The notes under the pieces: generated by a model
What the model saw: only the letters and a program-made list of their open reading frames with translations
Told to the model about the DNA's origin: nothing
Database searches by the model: none
Shown here: one piece after another, positions 35,891-49,500 of the stretch
How positions within the stretch are numbered: the first letter of the stretch is position 1
Layout: the number at the start of each line of letters is the position of its first letter
Position numbers and translations under genes: made by a program
NCBI RefSeq assembly: GCF_018977255.1
Contig: NW_024704743.1
Span: forward strand, 107,448,001 to 107,512,000
Length of the DNA: 64,000 nucleotides
Source of the DNA: Callorhinchus milii
Taxonomy: Eukaryota
Direction of reading: 5' to 3'

Positions 35891-38800
35891 TCATGTCATA
35901 ATATGTCATTGATATATTCATACAGAATGTGCTTCATACCCAAATCTGAATTAATTTATTGTCCAAAATTGTTGCAAATGAAGGTCTCCAATATCCATCA
36001 AGTGTTACGCAGAAATGCAATTATTGTAGGTTCATTAGAGATGCACACAATAAACACTGCTCATAACAATCATTTGTGTTTTATGAATGCATCACATTAC
36101 AATACTGTAGTGAGCTAACAAAGCTTTGTTTTCTACCCTAAATATAACATGCTGGCTTATGTGTGTCAGCAGTGAATTAATGCATTCTGCAGGGTAGCCA
36201 GTACTATTTTATACCTGGCGCTGTTGGCAAAAGCACTACAAGCAATAACCTACATTGTCTACAAATCAAAAGGTTACAGAACACTAATAAACTTGGCTTG
36301 AAAACATTACACTGCTCACTTGGTAGGTACTTTCATAATTCAGAGAGCCAGTGCCACTACTACACTTGACAGCAGTTCCTTGTGAAACACTTAGACCCAT
36401 TTCGACATAATAAAGCCCTTCAAAACTACAAGTTCTTTTTTTCTATTATTCACTTCCACTTGTGAATCAAGTTCAGTGCCTTTGTGGGCATTATAGTGAT
36501 TCAGAGAGCCAGCACGGCTTATTATTCAGTTGACATTGCAAGTCCAATTCGATAGCTCTGATCCAAAAAATGTGAAACTGAGCATCGATGGAGATGACAT
36601 TGCAACATTTATGCAATATGATGCTCACAAATCAATATCCGCTCTACTCCTGGTCATTACTCACCCCTGCGGTCTGTAGTTACTCCCACTCAAAGGGAAG
36701 CAAGCAATTGGCATTACATCAGGGCCAAACATGCACATGGCATGTAATTGATGGAGCCCGAAGGTAGAGAAGCACTGCTGCCTCCAGTGATCCCAGACAC
36801 AGCCTGAAGCAGCTTGCCTCCATGTGACTGTGGCCTGTAAACTTCACCAACAGAACAGAGGGAATTCCAGTACTGTACTGCGTTTTACTAAATGAAGTTT
36901 ATATGTAGAGGTCATTGAGAGTTTCGATTCAAATCTGTTCAATTATTTATTTTTTTGAAGTAACTGAAATGATCTTGGTTCTACAGCATCCATATTGCAA
37001 GATGGAAAGGTCTGTCTCATAACATTGCAAAGAGCTCAACACATCTGCATACAGGTGCCCACAACTGCAATCTGGACCTGAAATTGGCTTGTCCTAACTT
37101 GGATGGTTTGGTGGAAGTCAAACTAGGTTTCGTTACATTTGAGCTGAGACAGGTTCAGATCATTTCCAGCAGTAAATGGAAAGCCGGAAATTAGGCAAAT
37201 TTCTGATTTACCATCAAACTGCAATAAATTTAAAAAATTAGCCTTGCACTGATGTAGAACCTTATCACACTGAAACATCTCAGAGCTCCTTTACTCAATG
37301 TAGTCTACTTTACACTGATTGCAATCATTTTGCTAAATCTTTATAACAACATTGAAAATTGAAGATTTTACCTAGAAGTATAATAATGATTGTTGTTATG
37401 TACGCAAATGGAAGAGCTAATCCTTGCCAATAACATGGGCCAATAGGAATGAGATAACTTATCACCTAAGATATATTTGGTGAATTTGGTAATATTTGGC
37501 AGGATACCAGGAAAATTCTCAGCAATCTTAGAAATAGTTCCACGGGAAGTGAGAAACATCAGTGATGGTTCCTTCGTGAGCAGGATTTAATGTAAATTGA
37601 ATTGGAGGAGACTCTTCACCAACTCAGGTTGCTCTGCAAATCTAACCATCGAGGTAAGATTTATGAGATACTTTCAATAACCAATGGGCAATAGATCAAT
37701 GGGAAGAAAGGAAGAACCAACAAGGCATGAGGAGATCAATGTGGTCCATCTGGTCTGTCTCAATGCATGATAATAATAGTCCTTGAATTTGATATAGTGC
37801 CTTATCACATCTTCGAGACGTCTCAAAGCGCCTCACAGAATATGCTGCAAAGTGAATTGACTGTATATTTTGTGATGTATTGAGACAGACCAAATCAAAA
37901 TAGATGTGTGTGTCGGTGTGGGGGATGGGGGTCATCTTCTGCCCCCTCTGTATTTTTTAAAGCTTGCTTTGTTTTCCAACTCTGTTATAATTATAAATAA
38001 ATAATGAGAAAACAAAATGATTTAATTATGAGAATGAGAGCTGAACACAGCTCAAACCTCGTTAGTAACATTACCTGCTTAAACGGTTAGGCTTTTAATT
38101 ACTAAATGCCTTTCCTAGCCTGCAGCTATGTGTTGAATTATTACCGATACTGTGAAGAATAATATTATGTTAAATTATGTTTGGTGCAAGAAGGACAAAT
38201 AACAACAAAATACTCTTTCATTATCTATAGCTTATGTTGAATTAAAAGAAATATTTTACCAACTAACTTTGAGAATGGAATAGAATTGTCAACATTTTTT
38301 ATGAAGAATGTATTTTTAAACATTTCTTTTGAAACAAACTTGCAATGCTTAAATGTTTAATACACTATAATAATTCATGCAGGAATCCAGTTGTTCAATT
38401 GTAGTCTTCAAAAAAAGGTCAAAGCGATTTTTTTGTTACAGAAAAAGCATTTTTAAGTAACACAATTAATAGTTTCTTGCTGAATTGCTCTGGGGAGGTT
38501 AAGCAATTGTTGTCACAAGAAATAATTATGTTACACTTGTTTACTTCAAAAAGGAAGCATGTAATTAAAAATCTCATTTACAGATTTTGGTTTGGGAAAC
38601 CTTTAATTGCTCTTCCAATTACAATCCATTTCATCCTGTGCTAATTACTTCTTTACAGACTTTTTCTCCATTGTGGCATGTGACATTACCCTCAGCTGTG
38701 TACTGCGTAGCTCGGCATAAGATGCAAAGAGCATTGCTCTTTTTATATAGCTATAATAATCCTTACATTTGCTATAGTGCCTTTCACTTGGGAAGGACGT

Positions 38801-40651
38801 CCCAAAGTGCTTCACAGGATATACTGTAAAGTGCAGTTATTGTATGTTTTGTGGGCGAACACAGCAGCTAATTTGCACACACCAATATTCCATAAACAGT
38901 GATGATGCGAAGGACCAATTTTATTTGGGGGACTGTTGAACAGGACAATCAAGTAGTGCCATGGGATCTTTAACAGAGTTTTTCAGTATCCTGGCCAACC
39001 AGGACTCCTGATAAAAGTGCTCAATCCCCTTCAAGGCTGTTTGTGAAGCACTCCTGTGCACAAATTTACATAAAATTCATGTGTAACACTTTGAGATGTT
39101 CCAACAATGTGATAAGATGCTATATCTAATCCAAGGGTTATTATTATTTATATCACCAATTAAACCTCATTATTGATGGAAAGGTGAACATGGCCTTTGA
39201 TTCCCCTATGATCAACGTTATCTGCGTTGCCCAGTGAGTGTAATCTTCCTTGTTTGAGATATGTCATGCAATTTCTGGCAGGTGCAAGAATGAATACTTG
39301 AATTGGAGGAATCTGGCTGTATTGTAACAGTGGTTGTGCTTTTGTCTCTGCTATTACTTTGGCAGGCATGTCTCCTCAGAGCTAGTTCAACTTCAAGGAG
39401 ACAGTGACAGCACCAGCAAATCTCCCCCCACACCCCACCCTTTTCTGTGACTTGTATTTCTAAACTGCGTAATTACGAATTATCTATCTGTCTTTATCTT
39501 TATAATCTTCAGTCACATTCCTTATCAAATATTCATCCAGATAATTGTTTTAATTAATGATGGACTCAACTTGAATGCTTTTGCTGACGTCTAGTGCAAC
39601 TCTATACAAAACATTTCATTTTGATGTGAAGTCTCGCTTCAGGCTTGTTAATTTTGTATTCATGTTCTCTTGTTCTATATTCTCAGTTCAAGTTAAATAA
39701 ATTACTTTTATCTATATTGTCTGTTTCCCTTGGCATTTTAAAAAAAACTGGATCATGTCCCTCTCAATTTTCTTTTCTCTGATAATAATCCTTGCATTTG
39801 ACACAGGACCTTTCACATCGGAAGGATCTCAAAGTACTTCACGGAATATACAGTAAAGTGTAGTGACTATGTATTTTGTAGGCAAATCCAACAGTCAATT
39901 TGCATACAGCAATGTCCCACAAAAACATTCATTATTAAAGACCAAGACATTTGCTTTATTTTCCTTCTGGTTAAGTGCAGTTGCTGATAGCGGAGTTTAG
40001 CTATATTAAATAATATTCAATAAGATTTATTCTTGCAGATTTTGATGACTATTTTGTCTGATTATAATTTGAGGAAGAGTAACTCTAATTTTAAATTACT
40101 CAGATTTCACTAAACAATTTCCAGGTTTATTATTAATCCATCTTGTGAGAAAATCTATAATAAGAATATCTATTGATTGACCATATGTTTCATGAGCTCA
40201 TTCTGATCTACCATGATCATGGATCTATTAAAAATAACTATCATTTTCTCCTTTGCACATCACCAATTATATGAATTAATGCTGTCACTCATTTACACAT
40301 TGCTTGCCCCACATTATTCTAAAATATTGCTTACAGTTCTCATCTCTCGTTTTCTTGACTAAGCATGGGTTAGGACCACTTATAGACTTCTTGACAGGCA
40401 GCATTGATGGAGAGCCACTCTGCTCTGCAGAAATGCTGAGCTGGTTGTTGCAGTGAAATAGGGGTGTTAGAGTGAAACAAAAGCTGTTCCGACCTCCATC
40501 TGCCTCCCAAAGGTTTGACATGCTTGTGAATCCAGTGAAAATAAAATGAATGCTCGAGGGGAAGGAAGCTAACATTCCCAGTGGCAGAATCTTGATCAAC
40601 CAGCAGATGTTGGGCCACTTTCAAGTTCACTCGAAAGTAGAGGGGGTACAA

Positions 40652-41899
40652 AGTAGATTCACTAGGTTAGTACCAGGGATGAGGGGGATGAGTTATGAGG
40701 ATAGGTTGACAATTTAGGTCTATATTCTTTAGAATATAGAAGAATGAGAGGTGATCTTATAATGACAGAATAGATAGTGGGAGACTTTTTCCCCTGTTTG
40801 GAGAAACTATAACCAGGGGTCACATTCTTAAAATTAGGGGTAAGCCTTTTCGCACTAAGTTGAGGAAAAAATTCTTATTTCATAGATTCATAGATTCATA
40901 GAATGTTACGGCACAGAAGGAGGCCATTCAGCCCAACGAGTCTGTGCCGGCTCTTTGACAGAGCAAGTCACTTTCACTAACCCCAATCACCAGCTTTCTC
41001 CCCATAATTCTGCAAACCCGTCTTCCCCAGATACCCATCCAGTTCTCTCTTAAAAGCTGTTATCGAATCGGACTTCACTACCCTTTCAGGCAGATCATTC
41101 CAAATTCGAACAACTCGCTGAGTGAAAACATTTCTTCTAACTTCCCCTCTGCTTCTTTTGGTAGATATCTTAAGACTGTCACCACGGGTCACAGACACAC
41201 CTACGAGCGAAAGCAGCTTTTCCTTATCTAGCCTGTCGAAACCTTTCATGATCTTGAAGACCTCTATCAGGTCCCCGCGTAACCTTCTCTGCTCTAATGG
41301 GAAAAGTCCTAACTTCTCCAGCCTGTCCTCATAGCTAAGGTTCCCCATTCCTGGTATTATTCTTGTGAATCTCCTCTGCACCCTTTCCAGTGCCTTCCTG
41401 AAGTAAGGTGCCCAGAACTGGACGCAGTACTCCAGCTGAGGCCTAACCAGTGTTTTGTATAGATTTTGTATAGATTAACCATAACCTCCCTACTCTTGTA
41501 CTCTATGCCCCTACTAATAAAGCTCAGTACACCAAATACCTTTTGTACTGCCTTATCTACCTGCCCCGCTACCTTTAATGATTCGCTTACTTGAACACCC
41601 AGATCTCTCTGTACGCTCACCCCCGTTAAGATTGAGCTACCAAGTCTATATATCTTCACTCAGAGGGTAGTGAATTTATGGAATTCTCCATTCCAAAGGG
41701 CTGTAGATGCTCAGTCAGTCCTTGAACATATTCAAGACTGAGATTGATAAATTTCTTGTAGATAAAAGGATTGAGGGATATGGGAATAAGGTGGGTAGGT
41801 GGAGTTAGAATAGATCAGCCATGATCTTATTGAATGGCGCGGCAGACTAGAGGGGCCAAATGGCCTATGCCTGCTCCTAATTCTTATGTTCTTATGTTC
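40652..41899 (+). mobile_element. CR1 LINE 3' fragment, (TTCTTATG)n tail type, split by a second CR1
   Basis: 40652-40880 (RFTRLVPGMRGMSYEDRL..LRKKF) resumes at ~41654 (FTQRVVNLWNS) and ends in ttcttatgttcttatgttc. Confidence 0.88.
40881..41653 (-). mobile_element. CR1 LINE 3' fragment, (GAATCTAT)n tail type
   Basis: ORFs 40977..41381 (QRRFTRIIPGMGNLSYEDRLEKLGLFPLEQRRLRGDLIEVFKIMKG) and 41357..41659 (QRDLGV..SRGIEYKSREVMVNLYK); tail reads catagattcatagattcataga on +. Confidence 0.95.
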
Positions 41900-43039
41900 A
41901 CTCCACAAATCCAACACATTGCAGGATGTGGAGTCAAAATAGAAATGGTGATATATCCATTTCCAGCCAAATGATTCCAAACACTAAAGTCTGAAGCCAC
42001 TTTCAGATTCCAGCATTTGGATTAAGGCATCCAACAGAACAGCTGATATATCTACAAACAAACATTGAGGAGGTGCTGGTTCTGACATTATGTGGAGTAG
42101 GTTTCCCATCAGTGACTTTTTAAAAAATGTCTTTCAATAATTTCCCAGTTCACATTTTACCTATCCTCCCTCGTCTTCTCAAGGTCTATTTCTGTTCCAC
42201 TGTCAACATTATGCAGCAAATAAAGGAAGCTGGAAGTTTTATAGCTTTTTTTAATCACTTGTGTGGCTCAGTTTGTAACCTCTTCCATGATATTCATGTG
42301 TTAAAGGTTACAGTGCTCTGATGGGAGGTGCCATTGCAGCAAGTCTACTTCTGTGGGAGCACAACAGAGATAAGATGCCTTGAACAGACATAAATTTAAA
42401 GATATGAGAAAAACAAAGTTCTGAACTAAAAAGAACAAACTCTCCAATGTAAGAGATTTCCAAACTGGCATGTTTAGTCTTTCTGAGAGGAAATTGGAGA
42501 ATGCTTGCAACAAATTTACCAGCTGTAAACATAGGCTGGTTTTAATGGTGAGCAGAATGAAGACATGCTGGGCCATAACCAACAAGTAACCAATAAATAA
42601 GATCTAACTGATGTTTGATGAGCTACTGCATATTGTTTACCCCTGAAAAAAGGCTCTAGAACTTTTTACATGATCAATAAAGGAACGTCATTATCTCCTC
42701 TGAAGACCTTGACAGAATTTTGCGCCCATTGTCTGTTATTTCTCCAAACAATGTATTTAATTTCCTTTATATAATTTTCTATGGATATTTTTGAAGTCTT
42801 CCATAATTTGGATGCGCGTCATTTAATTTCTTTTTTTTTTGCCCTATGTTTATTCAATGCTACCTAAGAGGGACCTTCTGCATTCTCAGTTATTTTGAGA
42901 AGTATCGACCTGTGAGACGGAGGTGTCATTATCTCACTTCAGACAAATTCAACTACAGTATTATAATGGTAGCTAAGTTAAATTATTAGTTACAAGTTTG
43001 TAACACAGTATTTGATTGTCAGTGCAGCGTTATTGTTTG

Positions 43040-43500
43040 GCCAAGTACACATATGGAAACTCATCACCCAAACCAGACTAAGAGTTCCATTCGTGCCACC
43101 TACAGCATAAAAATTCCCATGTTTGGAATGAAAGCCATGCTCTCTCCCTGGAGGGATGCGTCCACCTTAACTTGCAGGCGCAGGCTCGCAAGAGACAAGG
43201 TTTGGGGACCCCAAGATGTGCATTGGAGTAGCAGCTGGAATCTATCCAGCTAAAACTGCAAAGCTTGCCATCGAGAGCATTGCCTGGCAAGCTTTCCCAC
43301 TGTTTGTCCAGCTAGGCCCACCCTACCCATTAGGGCTTTGAGTTTGCAGGGTTAACAGGAGCTGAGTGCGGAAAATCCCTAACCTAATGACTGGTCTGCC
43401 TCTCCAAGTCCTACCAATGAGCCAGACTAGTTGAGCTGTCATTAGCAATGCCCTGGAGTACGGTGGACAGGCCTGGCTCAAGAACCTGACTACTGCTACA
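43040..43500 (+). repeat. Unclassified interspersed repeat B
   Basis: Shares gcaagagacaagg, cctggcaagctttcc..tgtccagct, ctacccattagggcttt and ttaacagga with 45892-46590 and 62881-63250. Confidence 0.85.
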
Positions 43501-43612
43501 GAGGATTGACTTGATTCCAATATTCCGTACAAATTACACATTTGTATATTAATAGATTACACCATGGAGCAATAGATTTTACTCTTGTCCTGCATGTTTC
43601 CAGTCTTATAAT

Positions 43613-44238
43613 TGTGGAGTCCTGTAGTTCAGTGGTTAGAGCACTCGCCTCGCAACAACAACAACAAGATTCCATTTATTGAGCGCCTTTCACGTCGGGA
43701 GGACGTCCCAAGGCGCTGTACAGTTGGGTCAGGACCCGAGCATTGGGGGGAAATGGTGAGGGGAGGGAAGGGAGGTAGCGAGGAGGGGGTAAAGAGTCGA
43801 GAGGGGAGCTGAAGGCACGGTCAAAGAGAAAGGTCTTGAGACCGGCCTTGAAGGAGGAAAGGGAGGAGGCAAGGCGAAGGCACTGGGGGATAGAGTTCCA
43901 GAGCCTAGGGGCTGAAAGCAGGAGACCTGGGTTCGATTCCCAGCCGGGTGAAATGTTGGGCAAGTTTCCTTACTCTACATGCCTCTGTATACCCAGCATT
44001 AAGTAGGAACCCGGTTATTAGTCAATTGGCAGATTGTTTTTCTGGGAGTAATAACTCCTTCAAAAAAAATTGGTTACTCAATCCATAACTGTTTACATCA
44101 CTGCTGTAAGCGATTGGCTGCCGCGTTTCGCCCACAAAATATACAGTCAATTCACTTTACAGTATATTCTGTGAAGTGCTTTGAGACATCTCAAAGACAT
44201 GATAAGTAGCTATCTCAATGATTATTATTATTATTATT
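43613..44238 (+). mobile_element. tRNA-SINE, long subfamily, with an L2 inserted in its anticodon loop
   Basis: The head stops at cactcgcctcgcaa (43655), resumes at aagcaggagacctgggttcgattccc (43916) and runs to the (ATT)n tail. Confidence 0.92.
43653..43915 (-). mobile_element. Young L2 3' end (~260 bp)
   Basis: Translates to [39 protein letters not shown], identical to the 5889-7382 copy over this stretch; (CAA)n tail on +. Confidence 0.95.
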
Positions 44239-45891
44239 CCAAGTGCCTTCCCTTAGTGTACAAGAGTGGGAAATCACTCTAATACAATTTTACACATCTA
44301 TGAGATGAGATGAAAAGAAGTATTGGTATAGAGACACAGGAGAAAGAATTGGAATTGGGGTTGTCACCATTTTCTCAAGAGCAGTGAGAAGCAATAACAA
44401 ACAAGGATAACTAAAATATTTTAAAAGAGTACAGTATTGAAAATCAGGCTCTTAGTAGTGCAAAGATAAAATACATCTTCAGCTTACAGCACCAAAATAA
44501 ATTGCAACCTGCCATGAATATACCGCTCCATAGAATCTGGTTTCTTTTTCATTATCAGTTAATTATCTCCACTTGCACTGCTTACCTTCACTCCTTATAA
44601 TGTCTGCAAAAAGGTGGGTGTGAAAATTGCACATGCAAGCTTCTGCATTTCTGTCTCTAAATCATCCAGATAACTGTGCCTCACGATTCTAGTACATTTA
44701 AGGCATTTTTATTACTGTAATATTCATGAAACAATCAGGAGCTACAGTGTGGAATCTTTTCCTTGTTTGTCCTTGCATTCTCACAATTCTTTGAATAAAA
44801 GATTGCCTGGATCTTCAATCATCAGGTATATTTTATTATTTTCAATGTTAAGCTTTCCATGTTTTATTTTTGAGTGGAATAGATTTTGTATACATTTTGG
44901 GGAATGGCCAAGGTAATTAATTGCTGTAATATTGATACAAATATCAAATAGAACTGATAAGATTAACCCTGTAGTTGTTGGAATTCAAGCCAGTTACTTA
45001 ATCTCGCAGTGTAACATAACTTAAAAACTGATCTGTTGCAGTACCCCAGTCTACTTGATATAATCTCATGGGTTCACATTGTAACTGATATTATTATCAT
45101 CATTTGGCATGATGGATGAAATCTCAAGAAACTGAATACAAAACTCCAACAATAGCATTAATAATCTGCCAAAACTTCACAAGAGATATGATCCCATAGT
45201 AAAACAGTAGAATGGCATATCTGTTGTAATCACAGAGCATATCGCATATCAGAGTGATGAGCAAGATCATTTTATGCATCCAGTCACAAAGATATGATGT
45301 CAGCAATAAGCCCCAGCTAAAACGTTTATTCATTCCTTATTTTTTATTGATGTGATGATAACGTATATTGTAATTAAATTAAAACAGACACAAAAAAATC
45401 AAGATAATGGAAGCAACTGCAAGAAGCTAATTCAAGTCAATAGCACAGCACAATACAAAACAGGTGACAAGCTTGTCATATTACAATTTACTGCTTAATG
45501 CTACTTGCTAGAAGACAAACAATGATTGCATTCTTTCTGGCATTCTGATTCAGCCTGAATAGTAGGCGATATGCAATAATGATAAAGGAGGAATCTAATT
45601 CGTGAAGACCAGTTGTAGGTTATAAATGTTGCGCTTGCCTGCTGTATGGATTTTTAAAATGAGTAATAAACCTGCATCATTTACTGTTTCCTCAGAAAAT
45701 GGACAATGATTTTAAATGAATGGCTTTGCAGTGGCGTGATGGCAGATTCATAAATCTAACAAATGGGTAGTAGGCTATAGCACACCTGTTGACTAATGTA
45801 TTAACCCTTTCAAGGACCAAAAGCAAAGCAGCTGAAATATTTTCGTGAATAAAAGCATGAAACAGGAAAACAAGGCAACATTTCAAGTGTT

Positions 45892-46590
45892 TTTCTGGGC
45901 CAGCTGGGTATCTGACACATGCGGAAACCCAACACTAAGCTTAAGAGTATCCAAACCAAACTGAGAGTTCCATGTATAATAATCCTTCCTTGCATTTGAT
46001 GTAGTGCTTTTCACATCTTCTAGACCTCTCAAAGTGCTTCAGAGAATATACTGTAAAGTGAATTGACTGTATATTTGTGGGCGAAATGCGGGGGCCAATT
46101 ACGCACAGCAGTGTCCCACAAACAGTCGTGGATTGAGTGACTAAATTATTATTGGTTTTTTTTCTGAATTTATCCCATCCATACATGGAAATTCCAGAGA
46201 TGTTTATTGGAATGCAATGTGCACTCTCCCCCTGGATGGATGCATCCTGTTTACCTAATTCTGGAAAGTTTTAGGCACAGTTTGGCAAGAGACAAGGCTT
46301 GGGGACACTAGAGTGTTTGTTACAGTACTGCAGGAATCCAACCAGCCAAAACCGCATAGCTTGCCATTGAGAGAGTTACCTGGCAAGCTTTCCTGCTGCT
46401 TGTCCAGCTCGCACCACACTACCCATTAGGGCTTTCAGTGTTAACAGGAACTGAGTAGATGACTCCATGTCCCCATGACTGGTCTGCCCTTCCAAGTCCT
46501 GCTGATGAACCTCCCTGACTGTGCTGTCATCAGCTGTGTCCTGAAGTACTGTGGATCCACCTGGATCAGGACCTGGACTACTGAGACCAC
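45892..46590 (+). repeat. Unclassified interspersed repeat B, split by a SINE fragment at ~45977-46165(-)
   Basis: Collinear with 62881-63250 and 43040-43500 on both sides of the SINE. Confidence 0.85.
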
Positions 46591-49500
46591 CACAAAGGGT
46601 GGGCTCAAATCTGACATTCCATTGCCAAACATGTCATGCTACTTCCCTCCCCCTCTCCACCCAAGGAGGATAATATTTCATGTTGTGATAGAAGAAGCAC
46701 TGTGTTGATAGCTGTCACCAAAAGCCACTCAAGACAATCTGCCTCCCTAGGCAAAACTTCTGTGCTTCCCCCCACCCTCAGCCCACCCCCATAGACATTT
46801 GATAGCTTTAACTTAAAAGAAATTAATTTACAACAACAACAACTTGCATTGATATAGTGGCCTTCATGCGGGGTAGCATCCCTGAGCCCTTCACAGTGGT
46901 GGAGTCTGACAACGTCAGGTTGGATTTTATCCATAAAACACCTTACAAGCGCTTCGGGCCACTACCCCACATGATAGGAACTATATTGCGTGAAGGGTAC
47001 ATTCTTGTTGTACAAGCGTTTTATAAAATTCACTTAGGTGTTTGCTAAACAATCCAGTAAGTGCAGCTGTGACACTAACAGGCCGTCGCTGGCAATAGCA
47101 CACTGCACTCGCTGCAGCCCCACCCAGCTTGCTTCTCTTGGCAGCAATTAATGACCTCAAGTGGGAGTTTACTATTTTGGTATTAGTGAGACTCTTTTAC
47201 AATGGGTAATTGAATTGTAAAACTATCATTTTGTTCTCATCTCAATTTCGCCAGTCGGGCATTCACCATAAAAATAAAAATCACTTCTCCTAGAAATCTA
47301 TCGCACTAGGCAGCTGCCTAGTTTGCCTATAGCTAGAATGGCCCCTGGCTGTCTCACAAAAGCTTTATGAGCTTAATCGCACATATTCAGCATGATGGCA
47401 CTCACAGAGTTCAGTGTCATTTTTCAAAATATATGTTGGGAGTTAAATTGCGATGTGCTAATAATCGCTGATGATAATAATTACATCATTGATAAATGGG
47501 GGTCAAGCCATTTGATAACTAAAGATTGGCTATGAGTGATATAGCACCTTTCACGCCATGATGGTGCTTCTTGTTTTTAAGTGATTCCAGTATCTTGGGG
47601 TCAATCACCTTTCCTGTCAACCTGTTCCACTCATAGATTTCCTTCTTCCTTCTGCTATCCTGAAATTGTCCTTTACAACTCTAAATTTATGTCTTGTTCT
47701 AATCTCCTGATACATGCAAATGCATTGAGCTGGGTTTACATTTTTAATCCCATCTAAAATGTTATGGACCACTAAAAAGTCGCTCTGAAGCATCTTCTCT
47801 CAAGACTAAAGAGCCCTAGTTTGTCTAATCGTTGCTCAAAATTGTGCCAGCAAAGTTCTGCAGTGAATAATTAATAATACAGTGGACAGTTAATGCCAGG
47901 AGCAAACTCCCTTCCCTTTTCAAATAGTGTTGTGGGATTAAGCAGGTCACCTTGAAGCCAGGTCAGCCTCAGAGAGACCCTGTTTAACCTGTCCTCTGTC
48001 AACAAGACAAAGGTGTTCAAATGACTGGGATACTCAAGATGCTATGAGAGAAATGTGTGTTAAAACACATGATGGTCTGTTATTACAATCTAATCTGATT
48101 TTATATTAAGCATAGGATTTACATGAATTCGGAAATAATTTATAGCAATCTTATGTCTTACAATTGCTCCCAATGGACATTTCTGTAAAAGTTAAATGGT
48201 ATTCCTTAAAAACAATACCAAGGGATGATTTTTTTTGTAATCTGAACAGTATTGTGTTGCGTAAATGTCATTGAATTGCACGCTGTGAAGAAACAATTGT
48301 TTTGTTCAGTAAAACTGACATTTTTATATGTGAAAAGTCAATGCTGGAGAAATTGCAATAAAGAAATGTTAGCTCATTACTTCAATGATCTCTGACAGAA
48401 AAATGGTAACATTCAATGTTCTTGCAGGCACTTTCTCTGCAAATGTCATTATAGAATTTCCCCACGCAAATTTCAAAAGAGCTTTACCACTGACTACTTA
48501 ATCCTGTACTCCACCACTTCTAGTTCCATAAAGTTGATTGCCTTCAAAACATTAGTCAAAAGTTACAAAAGATGCTGTTGGTTTCTTCTCTTGCCTGTAA
48601 CTGAACTAAATATAGTTGATCCAGCTCCCCATGCACCTCATTGAAGGAGGATTCAATGTTTAATCTGGAAGTGCCTGAAACAGAATTCTTCAAAGAAAAG
48701 CAGTGTGGACAATCTCTATTGATCAATATATGGATCTTACCTGGAATGAAAATGAAGACTATACAAATGTCTTCACACCCTTTGGAAACACTTAAATCAT
48801 AAATTGAATAGGTGGACGAGTTCCTGAGATCACAATTCTAATCTTTGGGCTCCTTATTCTTTCTTGTGACGTCAGAGATGCATATAATAATAATAATCCT
48901 TGCATTTGATATAGCACCTTATCACACCATTGAGTTAAATCAAGGCACTTCACAGAATATATTGTAAAGTGGATCAATTGTGTATTTTGTGGAAAGCAAA
49001 CCACCAATCAACTAACAACCAAGTTCCTACATACTGCCTCAGTAAATAGTGACGTGTGGAATAAGGAAGCTTACTTAAGGTTATAACCAGACTTTATCAG
49101 TTGTGAAAGCGTATGGAACACATTGACTCCTTCTGCTAGAGATAGAGATAGAGAAAATCACCATGGAGATAGGGTGTGGAGGAGGAAGCAAATGATTTTA
49201 TTTCTGCTGTTTTTGTACCAGAGCCTCCAATTATTGGGTTTTACTCAATTTTGCTGGTGGAGCATTAACTTTCTGTTGCTACATGCTGAAGTGCTTTATT
49301 GCTAAATGTGACAGATTCAGGGACAAAGATCAAAAATAGGAAACAAAACAATTATGCCCCCATACATCTTCATGCCAGTTGAGCAATAAACTTTGTACCA
49401 GACGATTCTGGGTTTGATCCTAATGGGTCCACTCAGCCCTTCATCTTTGATAAAATGACTGGTATGTCCGAAAAGATCATTTGGGGAGAGGTAAGCAGAG

